Source: an uncultured Acidobacteriota bacterium (GTDB taxonomy: Bacteria > Acidobacteriota > UBA6911). From it: DNA of 64,000 bases. The notes under the pieces were generated by a model. That model was given only the letters and a program-made list of their open reading frames with translations, did not search any database and had not been told where the DNA came from. Below, one piece after another: positions 50,575 through 59,360 of the stretch. Where the stretch lies: NCBI GenBank assembly GCA_963809485.1, contig CAWEJX010000020.1:896001-960000 (forward strand), written 5' to 3'. A program made the position numbers and the translations under genes. The first letter of the stretch is position 1. Each line of letters starts with the position of its first letter.

Positions 50575-51245
50575 ATGAAAAAGATGTATCGCGGGATTTT
50601 GGTCATGTTTCTCCCCGCATTCTCGTGGCCCAGTTTGCTGCCGGCCAGGGCACCAAAGAGCAGATACAGAAAATGCACCAGGACCCGAAGGCCTACGTCG
50701 CGATGCTGGAGAGTCCGGAACGCATATCGGAGCAGAAACCCGAAGAAGTCATTGCTGCTCTGGGCATCAGAAAGGGCGAGGTCCTGGCGGACATCGGCGC
50801 AGGATCCGGATTATTCGCTTTCCGTTTTGCGCCTCATGTGGGCGACAACGGTCGCGTCTACGCCGTCGATGTCAACTCGGACATGATTTTGTATATGAAC
50901 CGGCAAATCCGCGATAGGGGCATCCGGAATGTTGTGACTGTTCTCTCGGCTCCCGACGACCCGTTGCTCATGGATGCTTCCATCGACCGTTTTTTCATCT
51001 GCAATACCTGGCACCACGTGACGAACCAAGCTCAGTACGCGGCGCTGATGAAGAAAATGCTCAAGCCGGGAGGCCAGATTGTCGTTCTCGACTATAAAAA
51101 GGAGCAGCTGCCGGTCGGCCCTCCGCCCGAAATGAAGATGGCGCGCGAAGAGGTGATCCGCGGGATGGAAGCCGGCGGTTTCAAGCTGCAAAAGGAACAT
51201 ACCTTCCTGCCCTACCAGTACTTCCTGGTTTTCGCCGCACCATAG
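50575..51245 (+). CDS. Class I SAM-dependent methyltransferase with apparent signal peptide (one frameshift near 50620)
   Basis: RBS ggagga and MKKMYRGILVMFL join LVAQFAAGQG...; ADIGAGSG, VYAVDV, LKPGG, LPYQYF. Confidence 0.82.
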
Positions 51246-51290
51246 GCCTTTCGGGTCTCTGGAACCTCCGGGTCCCTAGCGCTCGAAGAG

Positions 51291-51692
51291 AGTCAGGTAC
51301 CTCCGGCAAAGCCGGAGGCTTGAAAGATTTGAACCGCTCAAAGCGGTTGGACTAGTTACGCCGGTCTTGAACGCTGACTTACGCAGGCAAAAGCCGATGA
51401 GGCGCTTCCGATCCCCGCAGGGGCCAGCGCTCCGCGCTGGACAGTTTTCTGCGGCGGCACTGTGGCAAACGCCGTGCGGCAAGGAAATGAAGGGTATGAG
51501 AAACCAGGCGTTTGCCACAGTGCCGCCGCAGAAAACTCCATCGGAAGCGCCTCATCGGCTTTTGCTCGCCGACCCTCGCCGAACAAAACGGCGTTTGTCA
51601 GCGCTTTTATCAGCGTTTCTCAGCGTTTCAAAATACGGAGCTGTCAAACTCTTTGAGTCGCCCGGCAGAGCCCGGGATTTACCAATGTAATT
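51291..51692. mobile_element. ~402-bp palindromic element, copy 3
   Basis: Same sequence and orientation as copies 1 and 2; right hairpin partly degraded. Confidence 0.85.
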
Positions 51693-51819
51693 GGCACGGG
51701 CCGCGAAGGCTCGAAGCATTCAATCCGGGCAGCAGCGAATTTTGCAGCCGGTGTTCGGGGGCCGGTGTTATGATTGGGCGAAAAAAGCGCATGCACCATG
51801 TACAAGGAGAGGATTGACT

Positions 51820-52161
51820 ATGGCATATACGTTTGATCAACTCAAAGGAATGACGGTTGCAGAACTGAGAGAAATCGCCGCGGGAATCGAGCATGAAGCG
51901 GTCAAGGGCTACACACAGCTGAACAAGGAACATCTCCTGACGGCACTCTGCACTGCCCTGAATATCGATACCCATACGCGGCACAAGAGCAAAGTCGCCG
52001 GCGTCGACAAAGCCGCCGTGAAAATCCAGATGAAGGAGCTTAAGAAGAAGCGGGATGCGGCGCTCGAAGCGTATGATCATGCAGAGCTCAAAGCCGTGAG
52101 GCGCCAACTCCATGAACTGCGCCGGTCCCTGCGCAAAGCCGCGGCGGTCGCAGCCAAGTAG
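51820..52161 (+). CDS. Small basic protein with Rho N-terminal-like domain
   Basis: RBS ggagagg; LKGMTVAELREIA...GYTQLNKEHL; basic coiled C-terminus. Confidence 0.7.
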   Translation: MAYTFDQLKGMTVAELREIAAGIEHEAVKGYTQLNKEHLLTALCTALNIDTHTRHKSKVAGVDKAAVKIQMKELKKKRDAALEAYDHAELKAVRRQLHELRRSLRKAAAVAAK

Positions 52162-52473
52162 CAGCCACCCGGGCCCGGTTGCTTCCCAAAATCGTTGGAG
52201 TTTGCCCGCAAGCCTGAGGCAAATGCAGCGGTTTCAGGTTGCAGGCTGCAGGTCACGGACTGAAAACCGGCGCCCTGAAACCTGAAACTCCTAGCCCTGA
52301 GGGCTGTTCTCGCCTTATTTCTGCCAAACACTTGCCAGCACGTGCAGCAGAACAACGGATTTATTTTGATCTCAACAGTTTATCGCCCATAGCTTCCGAA
52401 TAATTTCCTAAAGCTGCTCTGGTAAACGGCCGAATAACGATCCGAAGAGCCTGGACAAATCTGAGGGGGAATT

Positions 52474-52836
52474 ATGGCAACGGGAAGCCGGGTGATACGT
52501 GATCGGAGAATGATTTCGCGGGTGCCTGCCCGCCTGAGCTGTCGTTTCACTTATCAGGGAGTCAGCCGCGAAGCGGTCGTCATCGACCTGTCGCTCAACG
52601 GAGCGTATCTCGCCGCCAAATTTCTGCCGCCCAATGACGGGGGAGTAACCATAACCCTGAAAACGCCTCCCTTGAAGAATGCCCTGATCCTGGAAGGCAA
52701 GGTCATCCGCGGCGCTGAGGATATATCCGATCGCGGCAGCCTGGGAAAGTTCGGGATCAAATTCAATCAGACTTCGCTGGACCTCATCCGCATCATCAAC
52801 AGGCTGGCCGCCAAGCCCGTTGTGATGATTCACTGA
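52474..52836 (+). CDS. PilZ domain protein
   Basis: RRMISR (RxxxR) and DLSLNG (DxSxxG), FGIKF. Confidence 0.88.
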   Translation: MATGSRVIRDRRMISRVPARLSCRFTYQGVSREAVVIDLSLNGAYLAAKFLPPNDGGVTITLKTPPLKNALILEGKVIRGAEDISDRGSLGKFGIKFNQTSLDLIRIINRLAAKPVVMIH

Positions 52837-52950
52837 CCGAGTTCTGAAACAAAATCCAGCCGCAACCGATAAACGCGCCGGCCAACAACCCGAGTGGCAG
52901 CCTGTTCCACTTCAGGTACCACGTTCAACGGCCGGCAAGATCGCCTGAGG

Positions 52951-55297
52951 CTATATTTTGCCCAGCGCCTTCAGGATCTTATCCGGCGTGGTGGGGAAAT
53001 CCGTGACCCACTTGCCGATGGCATTGTATATCGCGGGCGCCGTAATCGTGGTGGTACAGGCGGCGCTGCTCTCGCCGATGCCGTACATCCCATAGGGACC
53101 ATACCCCAAAGCGGATTCAAGGATATGGCAGTCTATCGGCCCGACGTCGTTCATGGTCGGAATCTCGTAGCTTACGTGGTTGTCATTGAGCTTCACGCCG
53201 GTTTTGGGATCGTAGTAGATGGCCTCCATATTGGACCGCCCGATGCCCATATAGGAACCGCCATACTGCTGGCCATTGATGGAATCAGGATTGATCGCTT
53301 TCCCGATATCGTTCACAACGACATGCTTCGTCACTTCGACCAATCCCGTCTCGGGATCAACCTCCACCTCGGTGAAATAGCACTGTCTGGCAAAGATGTG
53401 CATACGAATATTGGAGCTGACATAGGGAGGGAAGTCCCAGCCGAAAAAGGGCGAATTGACGCCGTCATAGTAGGGCGCGACGATGTCGGCGACTTTGACC
53501 TTGCGCGACGGATCCGACTTGTCGAAGACCATGCCGTCCGCGATCTCCAGATCCTCGGGGCTTTTCCCCGGGAATTTCGCCGGTTGAGGCTTTCGCATCA
53601 TGCCGCCGGGCGAAGGTTTCACAGCGCATTCGAGGATGATCCTCTTCAGGTTCCTCGCGGCTCGAATCATGGCCGGGAAGGTGCGCACCGATCCCATGGA
53701 CCCGCTGATTTCCGTGACCGAAAACTTGACATCCTTGTCGTGACGCCAGGTGACATCTTCATACTTCAGGCCCAGTTCGCCGGAAACCAACTGGACACAG
53801 GCCGTAGGGCTGGACACGCCGATATCGCAAGTCCGAGCCACGATGTTGGCCGTTCCGTCCGGGCGCATCATCACGCCCACCATGCTCGGGCCCGGCATGC
53901 AGCGCCACGCGATCATCCAAATGAAGCCTATTCCGTGATAGTGCCCGTTGGGGAGTATCTTTGCTCCCGGGGCATGCCACTTGAGATCCCAGTCTATCGC
54001 CTTCTTTCCCCTCTCGATGCATTCTTTGAGGCTGTCGAATTCGGGATTGAAGCCTTGTTCGGCTTTGACTTTGATCAGCTCCGACATGGGATGGCCTTCA
54101 CAGCCGTCATTGATCATGGCGACTTTTGTCGGGTCCATATTCAGTGTGGCGGCCACCTGGTTGAATACCAGGTTGGGAGGCGCGCAGGCGGGCCCCCCGT
54201 CCTTGGCGCAAGGATTGAATCCGCGGCTCAGAAACGGCACCACTTCCCGGCTGTAGAGATGAGGAATGGCCGTCCCTTCCTGGAACTTCCCCAGCGTGTG
54301 ATGCATCATCTGGCTGGCCCAGAGCAATTCGCACTTGACCGCGTTGATCTTCCCGTCCGGCTCGAATCCCACCGTGAACTGGTAGGAACCGTTCGTCTCC
54401 TCGCCTCCGTGGAAATGGCTTTCATCCCACAGCATCTTCACCGGCCTGCCGGTTCTTTTGGCTGCGGCAACGGCGTAGCTGGTAAAGCCGGAAGCGTTGC
54501 CGATGGACTTGGACCAGTTCAGGCCGCCGAATTGACCGCCTCCGTAAGCCGTGTTGATCGTGATTTTGTCCTGGGGCGCATAGCCCGCGGCGGAAAGAGT
54601 CTGGAGGACCTTATTGGGCGACTGGCCGTGATACCAGACTTCGAGATAGTCTCCCTTCCATTCGGCCACGCAGGCGTGCGCCTCGATCACGGTCGTGTTG
54701 TCTTCTTCGTCCGTCATTCTGAAGGTGATGGTCTTGGAGGATTCCTTCAATCCCTTCTCGACGTCGCCATACTTGATGATGGTCTCGTTGTTCAGGTTGT
54801 CCTTGTCATTCAAATCCGGCCGCAGAAGCGGTGCGCCGGGTTTTAAAGCTTCCTCCCAGTCCAGGATGAAGGGGAAGCTGCTCCCACTCGATTTCTATGA
54901 GCCGCAACGCCCGGTCGCACAGGGCTTCGGAGTCGGCGACCACCAGGGCGCCAACCGGCTGGCTGAAATAATGGGCCGTGCCGGGAAGCATGTCATGGGT
55001 TCCGAACTCCGTTCCCGTAAAGGGCCGGACCCCGATGTCTTTCGGGTCGTCATACCTCAGCACGGCCCTGACTCCTACCAGGGCTTCGGCCTTTGAGGTG
55101 TCCATTTTCTTGATTTTTGCATGCGCATGCGGGGAGAGATACAGCTTCCCATAGAGCATCCCGGGACGATAGATGTCTCTTACAAAAATCGCGGTTCCGC
55201 TCGCCTTCTCAAATCCATCGACACGCCGCACGCGGCGCTTGCCGATGACGCTGTTTTCGGGCACTTTCCATAGCCACGGCTTGTATTCTTCTGCCAT
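52951..55297 (-). CDS. Xanthine dehydrogenase family molybdopterin-binding subunit (one +1 frameshift near 54872)
   Basis: RVDGFEKASG, SPHAHAKI, GGGQFGG, EVEVDPETG, DIGKAINP, GIGE; removing one base of the gggg run gives EQLPFILDWEEALKPGAP. Confidence 0.9.
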
Positions 55298-55695
55298 CCC
55301 CTTAGTCCCCCATACGCACCAGGAACAATGGATTCCTGCAAAGCCGATCTTTTCCAGCAAAGCACGTCACAAAGGCGTCCGGCTCTTTCCTGAAGGGAAT
55401 CAGGCCGATCCGGGCCCAATGTGGCAAAGCGGCATTTTATAGCACCGCAATCCACAGATGCAACAGCGACGGAAATAATGGGAAGAGGCGAAGTGGAACT
55501 GGACTCAGGTCAGAAACCTGAAGGGAAGCAATGCAGCCCCACCGGGCTATCGGGAGCGGCTCACTGGTTCTTACACGCCGACCCTTACCTCAGGGATCAG
55601 TCTTCGTCCGTGTTTTGTCCGGTTGTCGGCATTCGATGGTCCTGGAACTGTCAAACTCCGCGAGTCACACCGGCAGAGCTTGACGGCAGGTTTAT

Positions 55696-56130
55696 TTAAG
55701 GTATCTGCACGATCGGGTAGTCGGCAGCTTTCCAGGCGTTCATGCCCTGGGCCATGCTGGAGATCTTCGCAAAGCCGGCTTTCTTCAGGATGTCGCGGCC
55801 CATCGCGCTGCGGCCGCCTGAACGGCAGACCACGACAATCTCCTTATCCCGCGGAAGCTCATTGGCCCTTTTTTCCAGCTGGCCAATCGGGATCAATGTC
55901 GCCCCGGCAATGTGACCCGACGCGTACTCCTCAGGCTCTCTCACGTCCAGAATAAACGCACCAGTATTAAGCTTTGCTTTAGTCTGGGCTACTGAAATTT
56001 CTTCCGGAAACGGCCCGTCTTCTGCCGCCGCCCGAGCTGCCGGCCCTGCAACAAAGCCTATTCCAGCCGCAATCAGACATGCCCAAAATATTATGGCCTT
56101 CGACCTTTTAAAACCCCGGTGTCTCATCAT
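55696..56130 (-). CDS. Exported rhodanese-domain protein (Cys form)
   Basis: Signal-like N-terminus; ILDVREPEEY..GHI.GA, CRSGGRS. Confidence 0.9.
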   Translation of the reverse strand: MMRHRGFKRSKAIIFWACLIAAGIGFVAGPAARAAAEDGPFPEEISVAQTKAKLNTGAFILDVREPEEYASGHIAGATLIPIGQLEKRANELPRDKEIVVVCRSGGRSAMGRDILKKAGFAKISSMAQGMNAWKAADYPIVQIP

Positions 56131-56237
56131 ATGTCGTCCATGCTCCTGTCCAATCCCCAGCATTCCTGCCAGTTACCAGTTTATACCATTTTTCGGGGCG
56201 GCCAAGGCCTCCGGAATGGACTTTATGCAAATTTATG

Positions 56238-56284
56238 TTGACAGCACGGCGCAGGCCTCCTATTATGTTTCCATATTTGGAAAC
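56238..56284 (+). promoter_or_regulatory. Sigma70 promoter with adjacent palindromic operator
   Basis: ttgaca(56238)-17 bp-tattat(56261); gtttcca-tatt-tggaaac at 56267-56284, just upstream of the ArsR gene. Confidence 0.75.
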
Positions 56285-56293
56285 TTGTAAACT

Positions 56294-56659
56294 ATGAAAC
56301 ATAATGCTATGGATCGGCAGGCGATGCAAAAGGTCTTCCGGATGCAGTGCGAAATCTGCAAAGCCCTGGGCCACCCGACAAGGCTTGCCATCGTGGACAG
56401 GCTTAAGGAGGGGGAAGCCTCCGCCGCCGAGCTGATCGCCGATCTGGACATCTCCAAAGCGAATCTTTCCAAGCATGTAGCCCTGCTTGTACGAGGAGAG
56501 ATCGCCGAGTCGAGGCGGGAAGGCAGGAAAATTTTTTACCGGCTCCTGGATCCGGAAATTCACAAAGCCTGCGCCATCATGCGGGCGATTCTCTATCGCA
56601 GACTGAAGGAAGGAGAAAAGCTGGCTTCGGTCCTCAGTCCGGCCAGAGTCCGCCATTAG
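56294..56659 (+). CDS. ArsR/SmtB family repressor
   Basis: CKALGHPTRL, ISKANLSKH, RREGRKIFYRL, Cys in C-terminal helix (HKAC). Confidence 0.92.
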   Translation: MKHNAMDRQAMQKVFRMQCEICKALGHPTRLAIVDRLKEGEASAAELIADLDISKANLSKHVALLVRGEIAESRREGRKIFYRLLDPEIHKACAIMRAILYRRLKEGEKLASVLSPARVRH

Positions 56660-56695
56660 TTCCAAAAAATCGTCAACACCTGTTTTGGGGCAACT

Positions 56696-58063
56696 ATGCA
56701 TAAGTCACCGAATCGGAGATATTGGGCTCTTTCAGTCGTTGTTGTGCTCTTGGCTATTCCTCTTGCCGCTGAGGAGAAACTGACGCTGCAGCAGGCCGTT
56801 GCCCGGGCTCTGGAAAACAACCCGGATCTTGCCGTGGATGAACCCGGCCGGCAGGCTGCGCTTTCCGAATACGAGGCTGCACGGGCCGGATATCTGCCGC
56901 GCCTTGACTTCGAGCAGTCCTATCTGGCAGGAGATAATCCCGTCTTCGTTTTCGGCACTCTGCTGACGCAACGAAAATTCACGGTTGAAAATTTCGCCTT
57001 GCCGTCGCTCAATAACCCGTCAGCGGAAGACAACCTGCAGACCCGCGCCACGCTGCAGCAGACGATCTGGGATTTCGGCAGGACCAGGAGCCGCCGCGAA
57101 CAGGCCCAGTTGGGCGTGAAAATCGCCGACAAGTCTCACGAAGACCACATCCGCCAGGTCCTGTTCGCCACATTTGACGGCTATCACCAGGCCTCGCTCG
57201 CACGCGAAGCACTCGAGACGGCGCAGCGGGCGCTCCGCTCGGCGGAATCGATCGAGAGTCAGGCCAAATCACGCGTTGAGGCCGGCCTGGCGGTGGAGGC
57301 CGATCTGCTGCGCAGCCGCGTCTATCTTTCTACTGCCAGACAGCAGTTAATCCAGGCCCAGGGCATGCTGGAGATCGCCAGGGCTCAACTAAACCGTCTC
57401 ATGGGCAACCCCCTTCAGGACGCCGTTGGCGAGACGGCTCCCCTGGCGGCGCAAAGCATCCCGATCCCATCCGAAGAAGCCCTGATCGCCGAGCAGAAGC
57501 AACGCAGGCCGGATTACCAGAACCTGCTGACAGAGCTGCGGGAAGCGGAACTTGCGGTCAGCTCCCGCCAGAAGGAATACCTGCCCCTGCTGGCGGGCTA
57601 CGGTCAATGGGAGATGGACAATCCGGCCATCCATGATTTCGGCGGCAGCAACTGGTCGGCCGGAATCACCCTGCGCTGGAATCTGTATGCAGGCGGCGGG
57701 GATGCGGCACAGCTGCAAGCCGCCCGCCATCGCCTGGAGCAGAAGCGCCGGCAAATCAGGGCCATGGAATCCGCAATGGCGCTCGAGGTCCGCAGGGCTA
57801 TCATTCAGTACCGTGCGGCCGAACAGCAGGTGACGGCCGCACAGGCCGGCGAGGCGCAAAGCGAAGAAGGGCTCCGAATCCTGAAAAACCGCTATGATGC
57901 GGGTCTCGCGACCATGACGGATATTCTGTCGGCCGAGACCTCCCGCAGCGGCGCGAGGACAAATCTTGCCGAAGCCATTTACCGGCAGCGGCTCAGCTAT
58001 GCACAGATCGAATATACCGCCGGCATCCTGGCTTCAACATCCCCGGCCATGAATTTGCAGTAG
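56696..58063 (+). CDS. TolC family outer membrane protein
   Basis: LTLQQAVARALENNP, YLPRLD, RYDAGLAT. Confidence 0.92.
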   Translation: MHKSPNRRYWALSVVVVLLAIPLAAEEKLTLQQAVARALENNPDLAVDEPGRQAALSEYEAARAGYLPRLDFEQSYLAGDNPVFVFGTLLTQRKFTVENFALPSLNNPSAEDNLQTRATLQQTIWDFGRTRSRREQAQLGVKIADKSHEDHIRQVLFATFDGYHQASLAREALETAQRALRSAESIESQAKSRVEAGLAVEADLLRSRVYLSTARQQLIQAQGMLEIARAQLNRLMGNPLQDAVGETAPLAAQSIPIPSEEALIAEQKQRRPDYQNLLTELREAELAVSSRQKEYLPLLAGYGQWEMDNPAIHDFGGSNWSAGITLRWNLYAGGGDAAQLQAARHRLEQKRRQIRAMESAMALEVRRAIIQYRAAEQQVTAAQAGEAQSEEGLRILKNRYDAGLATMTDILSAETSRSGARTNLAEAIYRQRLSYAQIEYTAGILASTSPAMNLQ

Positions 58064-58166
58064 TGGTTTTGAGACAGTCTCTCTGGAACTGTCTGTCCAA
58101 TGCCGACTATGGAACAACAATCGTGCGGGTCCGGGATCCGTGCTCATTGAACAAACGGGACACACT

Positions 58167-59360
58167 ATGAAACGCAAGTCTTTGCTTCTCATTTTGGTTT
58201 CGGGACTGGCAGCGCAGCTGGCCTGCAGCGACAAACAGACCGAATCACCTTCTCGCGGCGCAGCGGTTCCGGTCAGCGTGATTGCAGCCCATTACGAACA
58301 GGCTCCGGCGATCCTTGAGGCGCCCGGAACGGTTCAGCCCCGCAACCGCATCGTGCTCTCATCGCAGATCAACGGCTTTGTCCGGGCAATGCGCGTGAGG
58401 GTGGGCGACAGCGTCCGGCAGGATCAGGTGCTGGCGCTCCTGGACGCGCGCGACGCCGAGAGCCAGAAAGCCGTATCCCAGGCAGCCATCGAGGAAGCGG
58501 AGGCTGCCCTGTCGGAAGCGCGCAGGGCCCACCGTGCGGCGGTTGAGATGCAGTCCGCCTCAAAAGCTTCTGCGGATCTGGCCCAGCAGACCCTCAGCCG
58601 ATACCAGAAGCTTTTCGAATCGCGTTCGGTTTCGCCGCAGGAAATCGACGAGGTGCGGGCCCGGCGCGACGCTGCCGCCGCGGAACTGGCTTCGAGAGGA
58701 TCGATGGTCGCCGCGGCCGAGGACCGCGTGCGGCAGGTTGAAGCCAGGATCTCCCAGGCCAAAGCCCAGCATGACCGCGCCGATGTCCTGATGAGCTGGA
58801 CTCAAATAAAGGCGCCCTCGGCGGGAAAAATCGTCGAGCGCCCGGCGGATACGGGGACGGCAATTTTCCCGGGATCGCCGCTGATGGTAATCGAATCCAC
58901 GGCCAGGCCCCAGGCTCTCGCGGACCTTCCAACGGAACATGCTGCACATTTGAAGCCCGGAATGAAGGTGCGGCTCAGGACTGCCGGAATCAAGGATGCA
59001 ATCGAGGGAATTGTCACGGAAATGGTGCCGCTTTCCAATCCGGCTACGCACAGCGTCCAGTTCAAAGTCGACCTCCCGCCGAACGTCCAGCTCCCCAACG
59101 GGCAGTTTGTAAAAATCGATGTGCCTGTGGGAGCTCGGAATGCGCTATTGGTCCCGAGCGAGGCAATCCGTGAAACCGGGCAGCTTGTGGGTTTATTCGT
59201 TGTGGATGGCGAGTCCAAAGCCCGATTCCGCCTCGTGAAAAGCTCGCCCTATGATGCCGAACGGTCCGAGATCCTGTCCGGCATCGAACCCGGTGAACGC
59301 ATTATTGCCGGCTTGAGCGAGCAAATTATCGAAGGAATCCCCGTGGAGGTCCGCCCATGA
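58167..59360 (+). CDS. RND efflux periplasmic adaptor (MFP) lipoprotein
   Basis: LAC lipobox, lipoyl half-motifs VRVGDSV and IKAPSAG, long helical hairpin. Confidence 0.92.
   Translation: MKRKSLLLILVSGLAAQLACSDKQTESPSRGAAVPVSVIAAHYEQAPAILEAPGTVQPRNRIVLSSQINGFVRAMRVRVGDSVRQDQVLALLDARDAESQKAVSQAAIEEAEAALSEARRAHRAAVEMQSASKASADLAQQTLSRYQKLFESRSVSPQEIDEVRARRDAAAAELASRGSMVAAAEDRVRQVEARISQAKAQHDRADVLMSWTQIKAPSAGKIVERPADTGTAIFPGSPLMVIESTARPQALADLPTEHAAHLKPGMKVRLRTAGIKDAIEGIVTEMVPLSNPATHSVQFKVDLPPNVQLPNGQFVKIDVPVGARNALLVPSEAIRETGQLVGLFVVDGESKARFRLVKSSPYDAERSEILSGIEPGERIIAGLSEQIIEGIPVEVRP

Noticed and set aside
17919-51692. Repeats as a CRISPR array
   Set aside because: No regular repeat-spacer pattern and no cas genes; copies are dispersed and ~400 bp long.
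55480-55598. tRNA-Sec, SRP RNA or cobalamin riboswitch call
   Set aside because: No TCA anticodon arm or T-loop, the SRP tetraloop core is not matched, and no B12 box; kept only as an unassigned candidate.
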